Source: Trueperaceae bacterium
Lineage (GTDB): Bacteria; Deinococcota; Deinococci; Deinococcales; Trueperaceae
Direction: 5' to 3'
Assembly (NCBI GenBank): GCA_034520945.1
Contig: JAXHNB010000005.1
Span: forward strand, 512,001 to 576,000
DNA length: 64,000 nt
The notes under the pieces: generated by a model
The model's database searches: none
What the model saw: only the letters and a program-made list of their open reading frames with translations
Told to the model about the DNA's origin: nothing
Position numbers and translations under genes: made by a program
Part shown: positions 31,396 through 42,800 of the stretch, piece after piece
Position numbering within the stretch: position 1 is the stretch's first letter
How the letters are laid out: the number at the start of each line of letters is the position of its first letter

Positions 31396-32742
31396 ATGAA
31401 CCGTCGAATCATGATCCTCGTTGCCGGTCTGGTGCTGGTAAGCACGTGGGGGTGGGCCCAGTTCGGGAACGACCGCAGCGAGGAGTTCATGGACGATCCC
31501 ACCGGGCAGGCGCTGGTGCAGGTGTACGGGGCGCTCCGATCCAACTACCTCGACGAGGTGGACAGCGAAACCATTCTGCGCGGCGCGATCGAAGGGATGA
31601 TCGGCGCGCTGGACGACCCGTTCTCGTACTACCTGGAGCCGCGTTCGGCCGAACGGCAGGCGCAGGACCGTACCGGTTCGTTCGAAGGGATCGGCGCGGT
31701 GCTGACGCCGCTGAACCGGCAGACCGGCCGCGGGGTCGAAGTGCTGCAGGTCTACCAGGGCGGCCCGGCGGCGACCGCCGGCCTGCAGCGGGGCGACATC
31801 TTCCTGGAGGTGGACGGCACCGACGTGCGCAAGGCCACCATCAGCGACGTGGTCGATCTGGTCCGCGGCCCGCGCGGCACCGAGGTCGATCTGCGCATGC
31901 GCCGCCCCGGCCGGGATCAACCGGTCGACTTCGCCATTCAACGGGACCGCATCGACATCATCGACGTGGCGTCCACCATGCTGCAGGGCGACGTGGGCTA
32001 CATCGACATCCGGCAGTTCGGCAACGAACGCGTGCACGATCAGCTGGTGTCGCAACTCGAGGAGCTGCGTCAGGCGGGCGCCACCTCGCTGGTGCTGGAC
32101 CTTCGCGACAACCCCGGCGGGCTGCTGACGCAGGGGATCATGGTCGCGGACGAGTTCCTGTCGGAGGGCGACATCGTGTTCCAGCGCGCCCGCGGCGTGA
32201 CGCAGCGCATCGCCCGCGCCGACCCGCACGCCAACGAGATCCCCATGGTGGTGCTGGTGAACGAGAACTCCGCCTCCGCCTCCGAGATCGTGGCGGGCGC
32301 GCTGCAGGAGAACGACCGCGCGCTGGTGGTGGGCGAGGAAACCTACGGCAAGGGCGTGGCGCAAAGCGTCATCTCCCTGGCCGACGGCGGGCAGTTGGCG
32401 TTCACCTCGTTCGAGTGGCTGACGCCGGCGCGCGAGACGATCGCCCACGAAGGCATCGAGCCCGACGTGCACGCCGAGGACGAGCGCTACCCCAACACCA
32501 TCAGCCTGGAGGGGCAGGGCGCCGAGGCCGGGCAGACCGTCGAGATCGTGGTGGACGGCGAGTCGCTCGGCTCCGCCACCGCGGACGAGGACGGCGAGTT
32601 CCAGTTCGTCACCACCGGACCGCGTCCCGAGATCAGCCCGGTGCAGGGCGAAGCGATGGTGGACCTCGACGCCGACCCCGCGCTGCGCACCGCGGTGGAC
32701 ACGCTGCTGAACCGGGTGGTGGCGGGCGGCGCCGCGGACTGA
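31396..32742 (+). CDS. ctpA: S41 carboxy-terminal processing protease (PDZ)
   Basis: LDDPFSYY, GIGA PDZ loop, DLRDNPGG, SASASEIV, TYGKG. Confidence 0.93.
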   Translation: MNRRIMILVAGLVLVSTWGWAQFGNDRSEEFMDDPTGQALVQVYGALRSNYLDEVDSETILRGAIEGMIGALDDPFSYYLEPRSAERQAQDRTGSFEGIGAVLTPLNRQTGRGVEVLQVYQGGPAATAGLQRGDIFLEVDGTDVRKATISDVVDLVRGPRGTEVDLRMRRPGRDQPVDFAIQRDRIDIIDVASTMLQGDVGYIDIRQFGNERVHDQLVSQLEELRQAGATSLVLDLRDNPGGLLTQGIMVADEFLSEGDIVFQRARGVTQRIARADPHANEIPMVVLVNENSASASEIVAGALQENDRALVVGEETYGKGVAQSVISLADGGQLAFTSFEWLTPARETIAHEGIEPDVHAEDERYPNTISLEGQGAEAGQTVEIVVDGESLGSATADEDGEFQFVTTGPRPEISPVQGEAMVDLDADPALRTAVDTLLNRVVAGGAAD

Positions 32743-32760
32743 GCCCGCCGGCAGGGCGCC

Positions 32761-33519
32761 GTGATCCAGGTCGACGCGCTCTCCAAGCGCTACGGGCGCG
32801 TCACCGCGGCGCAGGGCGTCACGCTGCGCGCCCGTCCCGGTGAGGTGCTGGCGTTGCTGGGGCCCAACGGCGCGGGCAAGACCACCACCATCAAGGTCAT
32901 CACCGGCATGATCCGTGCCAGCGCCGGCCGCGTCCTCGTGGCCGGCGTCGACGTGGCCCGCGACCCCGTGCGGGCCAAGGCGGCGCTGGGCTACGTGCCG
33001 GACCGGCCCTACCTGTACCCCAAACTGACCGGACGGGAGCTGCTGCGCTTCCTGGGCCGCCTGCGCGGCGTGGACGGCGTGGAGGCCCGCGCCGACGCCT
33101 GGCTGGAGCGCTTCGGCCTCACCGAGGTGCAGAACGAACGGATCGAGGCGTACTCGCACGGCATGCGCCAGAAGCTCACCTTCTGCGCCGCGTTGCTGCA
33201 CGACCCGCCGGTGGTGGTCATCGACGAGCCGATGGTGGGCCTGGACCCCCGCGCCGCCCGCGAGGTGCGCACCCTGATGCGGGAGCGCGCCGCGGCGGGC
33301 GGAACCGTGCTGCTGACCACGCACTCGATGGACGTGGCGCAGGAGGCCGCCGACCGGGTGGTGCTGATGCACCGCGGGCGGGTGGCGGCGGCGGGAACGC
33401 TGGCGGAACTGCGCGACCGGACCGGCGCGCAGGACGCCACCCTCGAGACGATCTTCCTGACCCTGACCGAGGAGGCGCAGGGCGCAGGGCCCGCAACGGC
33501 GGCGGGCGGCGACGGGTGA
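32761..33519 (+). CDS. ABC transporter ATP-binding protein
   Basis: GPNGAGKTT, YSHGMRQK, IDEPMVGLDP. Confidence 0.95.
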   Translation: MIQVDALSKRYGRVTAAQGVTLRARPGEVLALLGPNGAGKTTTIKVITGMIRASAGRVLVAGVDVARDPVRAKAALGYVPDRPYLYPKLTGRELLRFLGRLRGVDGVEARADAWLERFGLTEVQNERIEAYSHGMRQKLTFCAALLHDPPVVVIDEPMVGLDPRAAREVRTLMRERAAAGGTVLLTTHSMDVAQEAADRVVLMHRGRVAAAGTLAELRDRTGAQDATLETIFLTLTEEAQGAGPATAAGGDG

Positions 33520-35162
33520 CGCTGCTGCGGATGCGCCTGGCGGCGCTCCGGAACGCGGTGCGGCACCGGCCGGTCCGCCACCTGGCGGCCTTGGCGGCCG
33601 TGACGCTGGCCGGGTGGGGCATCCTGGCCGCCACCCGGCGCGGCGTGCGCTTCGTGGACGACTTCCCCGCCATCGGCACCATCGCCGACGCGGTGCTGAT
33701 GCGCAGCCTGGAGGGGCTGTTCACGGTGTTGATGCTCGGCGTGGCGTTCAGCGTGCTGACCAGCGCCGTGACCACCCTGTACGCCTCGCAGGACCTGCCG
33801 CTCTTGCTGTCGCTGCCGGTGCCGCCCGCCCGCGTGTTCGCACTGAAGACGGTGGAGGTGTTCGCCGGCAGCGCCATGATCCCCGCGCTATTGACGGCGC
33901 CGGCCGTGCTGGGGTTGGGCCTGGAGCGGGGCGCGCCGGCTGCCTACTACCCGGTCGCCCTCACCGCGGTGCTGGCGTTGTACGCCCTGCCGGTGGCGTT
34001 GGGGGCGCTGGCGTCGCTGCTGCTGGTGCGCGCCGCCCCGCCGGGGCGGGCGGCGGAGGTGGCGACCGCCGCCAACGTGGTGTTGGCCGCCGGCCTGGTG
34101 CTGGGCCTGCGGGCGTTGCGCCCCGAGCGGCTGCAGGCGATGGACCCCGACGAGTTCGAGCGGATGCTGGAGGGGTTCGCCCGCCTGGAGTTCCTGTGGG
34201 CGCCGCCCGCCTGGGCCTCCCGGGCGACCTGGTCGGCGCTGGAGGGCAGCGCCTCGCCCTGGCTGTTCGGGCTGCTGGGGGTGGCGGCGGCGTCGTTGTG
34301 GGGGGTGTCGCGGGTGGCGGCGTTCGCGTACCGCAGCGGTTGGATCCGCGGGCTGGATTCGGTCCGTGCCGTGCGGGACCCTCGCCCGCGGCCGCCGCCG
34401 GCGTGGGAGCGGCCGCTGCACCGCCTCGGCCCGATCGGGTCGTTGTGGGTGAAGGACCTGCGCCTCACCGCGCGCGACCCGACGCAGTGGTCGCAACTGC
34501 TGGTGTTGCTGGCGCTGGCGGGCGTGTACCTGCTGAGCACCGCCAGCCTGGACGTGGGGCAACAGCGCTTCCGCGACGCGCTGGGCACCATGAACCTGGC
34601 GTTCGTGGCGTTCCTGCTGGTCGGGGTGGGGGTGCGGACCGCGTTCCCGCTGGTGTCGCTGGAGGGGGAGGGGTGGTGGCTGGTGCGCACCGCGCCGATC
34701 TCGACGGGCCGGTTGGTGGCGGCGAAGTTCCTGCAGGCGCTGCCGCCCATGCTGGCGTTGGGCCTGGCGGTCGGCGCGGGCGCCGCCTGGCTGCTGGACC
34801 TGTCCCCGCCGTTGGCGGCGGTCTCGCCCTGGGCGGGGGCGGGCGCGGCGCTGGCGGCGTGCGGGCTGGGGGTGGGGCTGGGCGCGGCGTGGCCGCGCTT
34901 CGACGCGGCCAGCCCCGCGGAGGTGCCGCTGACGCCCGGCGGCCTGGTGTACATGGGGGCGGGGATGAGCTACGCGCTGGCGCAGACGGTGATCCTGGCC
35001 TGGCCGGCGTGGCAGGTGCTGCGCACGCCCGGCGCGCCGGTGTGGCGCACGCCCGAGGGCATGCTGGCCGCCGGGCTGGCGGCCGCGTTGACGCTGGCGG
35101 TCACGGCGCTGCCGTTGGTGTTCGGCGCGCGCGCCCTGGCGCGGGTCGAGCTCGGCGATTGA
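33516..35162 (+). CDS. ABC-2-type exporter permease
   Basis: Many TM helices, KDLRLTARDP and SLEGEGWW motifs; coupled to the ATPase. Confidence 0.85.
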   Translation: MTLLRMRLAALRNAVRHRPVRHLAALAAVTLAGWGILAATRRGVRFVDDFPAIGTIADAVLMRSLEGLFTVLMLGVAFSVLTSAVTTLYASQDLPLLLSLPVPPARVFALKTVEVFAGSAMIPALLTAPAVLGLGLERGAPAAYYPVALTAVLALYALPVALGALASLLLVRAAPPGRAAEVATAANVVLAAGLVLGLRALRPERLQAMDPDEFERMLEGFARLEFLWAPPAWASRATWSALEGSASPWLFGLLGVAAASLWGVSRVAAFAYRSGWIRGLDSVRAVRDPRPRPPPAWERPLHRLGPIGSLWVKDLRLTARDPTQWSQLLVLLALAGVYLLSTASLDVGQQRFRDALGTMNLAFVAFLLVGVGVRTAFPLVSLEGEGWWLVRTAPISTGRLVAAKFLQALPPMLALGLAVGAGAAWLLDLSPPLAAVSPWAGAGAALAACGLGVGLGAAWPRFDAASPAEVPLTPGGLVYMGAGMSYALAQTVILAWPAWQVLRTPGAPVWRTPEGMLAAGLAAALTLAVTALPLVFGARALARVELGD

Positions 35163-35245
35163 CGGGGCGGTTGTCGCCCGCGCGCCTCGGGCGCACGCGA
35201 GGGCCCGGGCATCGCGCGGCCGGACCGGCGGCGCACGCGCCGGGC

Positions 35246-36820
35246 TCAGCGGCCGGGCAGGGCGGCGCGGACCTCCGGCCGCGCGTCCGGCGCGACCTGC
35301 GCCAGGTTCTCCGCGAAGCGGCGCGCCAGGTCGGCGGCGGTCGCGTCGTACGCGGCGGGGTCGGCCCAGGTGTCGCGCGGGCGCAGCAGGGCCGGGTCGA
35401 CCCGCGGCACCTCGTGCGGGACGGACAGGCCGAAGGCGGGATCGCGCTGGGTGGGCACGGCGTCCAGCTCGCCGTTCAGGATGGCGCGCACCATGGCGCG
35501 GGTGGCGCGCAGGTCGATCCGCCGGCCGCTGCCGGCCGGCCCGCCCGTCCAGCCGGTGTTCACCAGCCACACCTGCGCGCCGTGCCGGTCCAGCCGCTCG
35601 GCCAGCATGCGGGCGTACACGGTGGCGGGGCGCGGCAGGAACGGCGCGCCGAAGCAGGCGCTGAAGGTGGCGGTCGGTTGGCTCACGCCGTGCTCGGTGC
35701 CGGCCAGCTTGGCGGTGTAGCCGGACAGGAAGTGCGCCATCGCCTCCTCGCGCGACAGGCGCGCCAGGGGCGGCAGCACCCCGAACGCGTCGGCGGTGAG
35801 GAACAGCACCCGGTCGGGATGCCCCGCGGTGCCCAGCGTCGACGCGCCGGCCACGTGCTCGATGGGGTAGGCCGCGCGGGTGTTCTCGGTGAGGCTGTCG
35901 TCGTGGAAGTCCAGCGTGCGCTCGGGGGTCAGCGTGACGTTCTCGAGCACCGTCCCGAAGCGGGTGCAGGCGGCGTGAATCTCGGGCTCCTTATCGGGCG
36001 ACAGTTCGATCGCCTTGGCGTAGCAGCCGCCCTCCAGGTTGGAGACGCCGGCGTCGGACCAGGCGTGCTCGTCGTCGCCGATCAGGGTGCGGTCCGCGTC
36101 GGCCGACAGGGTGGTCTTGCCGGTGCCGGAGAGGCCGAAGAACAACGCCACCCGGCCGGTGCGGCCCACGTTGGCGGAGCAGTGCATCGGCAGCACGCCG
36201 CGCGCCGGCAGCACGTCGTTCAGGGCCGAGAAGATGCTCTTCTTGATCTCCCCGCCGTAGCCGGTGCCGCCGATCAGCACCAAGCGGCGCTGCAGGTCCA
36301 GCGCCACCACCGTGCCGCTGCGCGTGCCGTGCCGGGCCGGATCGGCCTCGAAGTCGGGCAGGTCCAGCACCGTCCAGCCCTCGCTGCCTCCGCTGCGATC
36401 CCGCAGGAACAGGTTGTGGGCGAACAGGGCGTGCCAGGCGCGTTGCGTAATCACCGTGACGGAGGTGCGGATGTCCGGGTGCGCGCCGGCGGCCAGCGTC
36501 TGCAGGTAGACGCGGCGCCCGCGCAGCCAGTCGTTCATGTCTGCCAGGAGCCGCGCGAACGCGTCCGGGTCCATGCCGCGGTTCACCTCGCCCCAGGCGA
36601 CCCGCGCCTCGCTTTCGGCGTCGCGCACCAGGAAGCGGTCGAGGGGTGAGCGGCCGGTCGACGCGCCGGTGCGGACCACCAGCGGACCGGTCTCGGCCAG
36701 GCGGCCCTCGCCGGCCGCGATGGCGTGCTCGACCCAGGCGGCGGTGCTCCACTCGCGCACCACGTGCGCGTGGGCCAGGCCGGGCAGGTGCTCGGGCGTT
36801 GCGGGGCGGGGGGTGGTCAT
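35246..36820 (-). CDS. pckA: ATP-dependent PEP carboxykinase
   Basis: TGRSP, GGEIKKSIF, MHCSAN, GLSGTGKTTLS, IGDDEH, LTENTRAAYP. Confidence 0.97.
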   Translation of the reverse strand: MTTPRPATPEHLPGLAHAHVVREWSTAAWVEHAIAAGEGRLAETGPLVVRTGASTGRSPLDRFLVRDAESEARVAWGEVNRGMDPDAFARLLADMNDWLRGRRVYLQTLAAGAHPDIRTSVTVITQRAWHALFAHNLFLRDRSGGSEGWTVLDLPDFEADPARHGTRSGTVVALDLQRRLVLIGGTGYGGEIKKSIFSALNDVLPARGVLPMHCSANVGRTGRVALFFGLSGTGKTTLSADADRTLIGDDEHAWSDAGVSNLEGGCYAKAIELSPDKEPEIHAACTRFGTVLENVTLTPERTLDFHDDSLTENTRAAYPIEHVAGASTLGTAGHPDRVLFLTADAFGVLPPLARLSREEAMAHFLSGYTAKLAGTEHGVSQPTATFSACFGAPFLPRPATVYARMLAERLDRHGAQVWLVNTGWTGGPAGSGRRIDLRATRAMVRAILNGELDAVPTQRDPAFGLSVPHEVPRVDPALLRPRDTWADPAAYDATAADLARRFAENLAQVAPDARPEVRAALPGR

Positions 36821-36853
36821 GCGACCTCCAGGGAGAAGCGGGGGCGGAGCAGG

Positions 36854-39800
36854 TTACCAGCGTAGCGTGACGCCGAAGCGCGCTTCGCTCTCCGGCGTCG
36901 AGAACGACAGGCCCGACTCGATCGACAGGCCCGGCCGCAGGTCGTAGCGCAGCGTGGCGCCCAGCGCCGGCACCGGCGGGAGGGACGGGTCGTCCGGGAA
37001 GGCCAGCTCGGTGGAGAGGTCGAAGGCGACCGGGCCCAACTCGTAGGTGAGCGCCAGGGTGTTCGTCAAGGCGTCGCTGACCTCGCCGCCGGCCAGACGG
37101 CCGATCTGCAGGCTGGCGAACAGCCCCTCGTCCAGGTACCCCCCCAGGCGGAGCGACACCCCGAACGGATCATTGCTGCCGTCCAGCACGTTGCTGAGCG
37201 TGCTGGTGCGGATCTCGACGACGTCGATGCCGAGCGCTTCGCTGACGGCGGACTGCAGCTCGGACAGGATCAGCAGGTCGATGGCGCTGTCCAGCGCCGA
37301 GCGGGCCACCCCGCCCGCCAGCCCGGCCGCGCTGGGGTCGCCGGTCGGCGTGAGCCGCCCCAACGCCACCAGCGACACCAGCTCCGCTTCGGTCAGGGAC
37401 CGCGCGCCGGGGGTGAAGCCGTTCGCGCCCGGCAGGGTCACCATGGCGTCGCTGCTCAACACCGGGTCGAGGTCCAACCGGAACGGCCGCGATTCCCGCG
37501 GGGTGGGCACCACCTCGGCGTCGAAGGCCAAGCGCACGTCGAAGGTGCTGCCGGAGGGCGCTTCGAAGGTGGCGCCGCGCGGCATCGACTGCAGCACCGT
37601 GCGCTTGTCGAACACGGCGGTGGCGACCACCTCGAGGGTGGGGTAGACGCCGCGGGAGCGTTCGAAGGCGGCGACCCCCCGTTCCAGGTCGAACTCCCGC
37701 CCGGAGAAGCGGAAGGTGCCGCGCTGGGCCTCGGCCTCGCCGGCCAGGCGGGGTTCGGCGGCGGTCCCGCCGAGGACGAGGTCGGCCTCGAATTCGGCCG
37801 TGCCGAACGACTCCGAGAACGACAGCCGCCGGCCGACCAGCGCGATGTCGTCCAGCCGGATGCGCTGCAGGGCCGGGTTGGGCGTGCGCTGCGCCTCCGG
37901 CTCGGCGGGGGGCGGACGAATGCCCAGCGCGAAGCGGCCGCCCCGCACGGTGACGCCGCCCGAGATCACGAACGCCTCGGTGTAGCGAAGGCGCAGGTCC
38001 ACGTCGGAGGTGCTCTCGTCCAGCATGAACGCCGGCGCGCGCAACGCCAGGCCCTCCCCCTGCAGGCGCACGTCCAGCGGCCACAGGGTCCCCTCCAGCT
38101 GCAGCGGCGCGCCCATGCGGGCGTCCGCCTCCAGGCGGGGGCGCCCCTCCGCGTCCGCCCGCAGCGCGCCCCGCACCTCGCGCAACTCCCCGACGACGGG
38201 CAGCCGAACGGCTCCGTCCAACTCGATGGCGGCGTCCCGCAACCGCCACGGCGACAACGACAGCTGGCCCGACCCCTCCACGGTGAGCAGCCCGCCGACC
38301 GGCTCCACGCCGCTCAGTTCGGTCTGGACCGACAACGCCTCGTCCCGCAGGGTGGCGGTGCCGGTCTCCAAGCGGTAGCGCGCGCCGGCCAACGCCAGCT
38401 CCAGCCCGTCGGTCTCGATGTCCAGGCGGGGCGACGCCAGGCTGCCCTGCGCCCGTACGGTCAGGTCGCCGCGCGCGTCGGCGCCGAGGCGCGACAGCAC
38501 CGGAACCAGGCCCAACAGCGGGCCGGCGTCGGCGTCCTCGGCGCGCAGGGTGAAGTCCAACGCCTCGGGACGCAGCGTGCCGACCGCCGACCACTGCCCC
38601 TGCCCCTCGAAGGCGGCGTCGACCTCGACCCCGCCGTCCTGCAGCGCTGCGCTGAAGCGTCCGGTGGTGACGACCCCGGCGCGTTCCAGCCGCACGTGCT
38701 CGGTCGCCAGCCGCACGTCCGGCCGGCCGGGCGCGTCGTAGGGCAGCCGCACCCGCGCCACGCCCGTCACCTCCGCGACGGCGTCCAGCGCCCCGAAGCG
38801 GGCCTCCAACGCCGCCTGAGCGGGGAAGCGCTCCAGCGTCCACAGCACCTCCAGCGCCTCGCCGGTCAGGGTGCCCTGCACCGGACTGCCAGCCCAGGTG
38901 CCGCCGAAGTCGATCCCCTCCTCGCCGGCGCCGATCCGACCCGAAGCCTCCAGCTGCAGCGGCACCGCGCGCCCTCCGGTGGTCAGTTCGGGCGCGGTGA
39001 TCTGCGCCAGCAAACGCCGGCCCCGCAGCTCGATCACCGCGCTCATCCCCCCGCCGAGCCCCGGCAGGATGCGGGACACGGCCGGCACCTCGTCGAGCGG
39101 CAACTCCGTCAGGCGGACCGACACCGAGGTGGCGTCCGGGTCGGGCTCGCCCGGCGGGCGGTACGGCGCCGGCAGCCACTCGCGCAGGTCGGCGTTGCCC
39201 TCTGCCGATAGCCGCCCCGGCCCGCGCAGGGCGGCCTGCCCCGTCGCGGTGGCGCCGTCCGCGGCCAGGGTGGCGTCCAGCGTGCCGGTGGGCAGGCCCG
39301 GCAGCGCCACGGTGACGTCGTCGAAGTGAAGCTCGCCCTCCAGCCCCGCGCCCGGCGCCAACGCCAGGTCGGCCTGGACCGGCCCGCCGTCCACCTGCAG
39401 GTGCAGGGCGCGCCGCTCGCCCGCCCACGTCAGCCGCAGCGGCGCGCCCCGTTCGACGGCGGCGGCGTGACCGGCCTCCGCCGCGTGCACGCGGAGCTCG
39501 GCGGCGTCCATCCCGCCCTCCAGGTGGTACGCCAACGCCCCCGCCCCGAACGGCGCCCGCAGCAGGCTCAATAGCGGCGGCGGCACGGCGCCGTCGCCCT
39601 CGTCGGTGACGCGCCCGCTCAGGTCGGCGCGCCCCCCGCGCACCTCGCCGGCCAGGCTCAGGTCGCCCCACGCCCCCGCCCACGTCAGGTCCCGCACCGT
39701 GACGCCGGCGGGCGGGCGCCAATCGACGCGGCCCGACAGGGCGCCCTGCCCGCTGGCGCGGAGCCCGTCGGCCCAGGCCCGCTGGACGGCGGGCAGCGGC

Positions 39801-42800
39801 GCGTCGGCCGGCAGGTCGACCTGCAGGCGCCCCTCCGCCACGCCGCGCGGCGCGACCTCCAGGCGTGGCGACCCGTCCTCCGGCCGGCCGCGCAGCGTGA
39901 CCTCCCCGGCGGCGGTCGGGACGGTGGCGTGGCCCTCCACCCGCCAGGGCGCCCCGCGCAGCAGGTGCTCGGCCCGCAGTCGCGCACCCGCCCCCTCGGC
40001 GGCGCCCTCGGTGGCGATCCGCAGGTCCAGCGCGGGCCAGGCGTCCCCCGTCACCCGCAGCGCACCGCCGCCCGGCAGCCGCGCCTCCAGGTCCAGGTGC
40101 GCCTGCAGCTCCGGCCCGCCCGCGCGTACCTGGCCGGCCACGGCGACCGGCCCGTCCAGGGTCACCTCCAGCGCGGCGCCCGGCACGGCGCCCGCCCCCT
40201 GGGCGCGCCCTTCGGCGCGCACGGTGCCGGCCGGGGTGCGCAGCCCGTCGATCCGGATGGGGCCGGTCCAACCGCTCGCGTCGTGGGCCAGCTCGATCGT
40301 CACCTCGCCGCCGCGGAGGCGGCCGCTCGCGGCGAGGGTGGTGGCGTTCTCGGTGCGGGCGGCGCGCAGGCGCAGGCCGGCCCCCTCGTCAGGCCCGTCG
40401 TCGCCGATCTCGTCGCCCTCGGTGGGGGGCGCCTCGGCGAGCGTCCCGGCCAGCGTGCCGGTCGCGCCGCTGCCGTCGGCCTCGGCGTCGAGCCGCAGCG
40501 CGCCGGGCAGCGCCAGCCCGCCCAGCTGCACGTCCCATGCGCCGGTGGGAACGGCGACGCGGGCGGTCACCGCCCCGGCCTCGCTCCGGCCCGAGGCGTG
40601 CAGCGTGGTGCCGTCGCTGCGCAGCGCCAGCGGGGGGAGGTGCACGCCGGCCAGGGCGGCGCCGTGCAGCTCGCCGCGCAACCACGGGTCGGCGCGGGCG
40701 TCCAGCGCCAGCTGCAGGGTTCCCTCCGCGGCGCCATGCAGGCGCGCCAACGGCAGGTGCAGGCGCGCGGCGGGGTCGTCGCCCCGGAAGGGCGTCAGCG
40801 CGATCCGGACGCCGTCCAGGCCGTCTTGGCCGGCGAACACCAGGGAGGCCCCCTCCGCGCGGGCTTGCAGCGGGCCGCGGGGGGTGCGGAGCGTCCCGTC
40901 CGCCTGCAGCGCGTCCGGCCCGCCGCGGGCGGTGAGGGTCAGGCCGTACGCGTCGCTGGCCAGCTCGGCGTCGACCTCCAACCGGCGCGTGTCGGTGTTC
41001 AGGTGCAGGGCCAGGGGTCCCTGCACGCGTCCTTCCAGTCGGGCCTCCACGGCCAGGTCGGGCGCGCCGGCGGGACCGCTGAGGGAGGCGGCGCCGCTCA
41101 CGCCCACGCCGGCGATGCGCACCCGCTCCGCGTCCAGGCTGCCGTCCAGCTGCGCCGCCGTCCAGGGGCGGCCACGGGGCAGGTCGACGGTGAGCGGCCC
41201 GTGGAGCCGGCCGGTGGCCGCGCCGTCCAAAAGCACGCCGAGGTCGGCGTCGAGGCGCGCCTCCAGGCGGAGGCCGTCCTCCGTGCTGGCGCTGCCGCGC
41301 AGCTCGGCGCCGCGCGCGCGCAGCGCCCACGCCGGCACGCGCACCTCCGGCGCGTCGCCCCAGGCGCCGCCTGCGTGCAGTTCGCCGGCCAATTCGGGGT
41401 CGCGGATCTGGCCGACGCCGATCGCGTCGAACCAGGGCTTCAGCGGAACGCCCTCGAGGGTGGCGTCGGCGCGCCAGCCGCCGGGGTCGGCGGCGGCGTC
41501 TACGGTGAGGGCGTCGCCACTGAGGTCGAGGGTGAGGCCGCCTGGGTCCAGGTGGAGGCGTCCGTCGGCCATGGTGGTGCCGCGGAGGTGGAGGGGACCG
41601 TCGAGGGTGGGGGCGAGGGTGTCGCCGCTCAGGGCGAGGGGGGCGCGAAGGCGGAGCGGAGCGTCCTGGTCGGGGTCGGCGTGCAGGCGCGCCTGCAGTT
41701 CGCCGCCGCCGGACCAGCTGCCCGCCCACGGGGGGCCGGTGAGGCGCGCGTCGAGGTCGGCGCGCCCGGTCGCGCGAAGGGCGGCGTTGGGCGCGGCGTT
41801 CTGCGTTCCGTCCTGTGCTGCCTCCTGTGCCGCGTCCTGTATTGCGTCCTGCGCTGCGGCCGGCGTGGCGGTGCCGGCGGCCGCCTCCGCCAGGAGTTGG
41901 ACGCGCAGGGCGGGCCCTTCGCCGCTGAGGTCGGCGCGGAGCGGCGCGGTGCCCGCGGGCGCGCCGGCCGGCTCGCCCGCCCCCGGCGCCGGGCCGGCTT
42001 CGCCGGCCAGCGTGACCTCGGCCCGGCCGCCCCAGCCGTCCATCTCGTTCCAGCGCAGGCCGTCGGGGCCGGGGGTCAGCGTCACGCCCCCGGCGCGAAG
42101 GCCGTCGCCGTGCAGGCTCACACTGAGGGGCCGCGCGCCGTCCAGGCGGGCGTCCAGCGCCAGGCCGGGCGTGCGGGCGCCCAGGTCGACCGAGGTGCCG
42201 GTGGCGTGGAGGTGCAGGCGGAGGGGTCGGCGGGTCGGTTCGCCCCCGTCCGGTGGGGTCATCTCGGCGGTCAGCTCGGCGCCGGCCCGCAGGTCGGGCG
42301 GGCCGCCCTCCATGAGATCGAGCGAGGCGGTGGCGTCGCCCGTGGCGCGCAGGGTGCGCCCGCCGGCGCGGAGCGTGGCGTCGATGCGGACCGCGCCCGG
42401 CGGGCCGGCCACGCGGAGGTCGAGGTCGCTGTCGCCGCGCGTCAACTCCGCGTCGAGGTCGATCCGTCCGCTGGCGGCGTGCAGGCGCAGCCGCAGCGGG
42501 CCGTCCACCTCGCCGCGGAACGCCAGGTTGGCGGTGACGTCGGGGGCGACCAGCGACCCGCCCAGCGCCAGGTCGCCCTCGGCGGTGGTGCCGTCCACCG
42601 TGACGCCGTCCAGCGACAGGGCGCCGCTGAGGGTGGTGGCGCTCCAGGAGGCGTCGGTGGCGCGCTGCAGGTGGAGGGGACCGTGCACGCGGCCGGCCGC
42701 GGCGCCGTCCAGGAGCACGCCGAGGTCGGCGTCGACGTCGGCGCGGGCGGCCAGGTCGCCCAGCAGGTGCGCGCTGCCCGTCGCCCGGCCGGCGGCGGAA

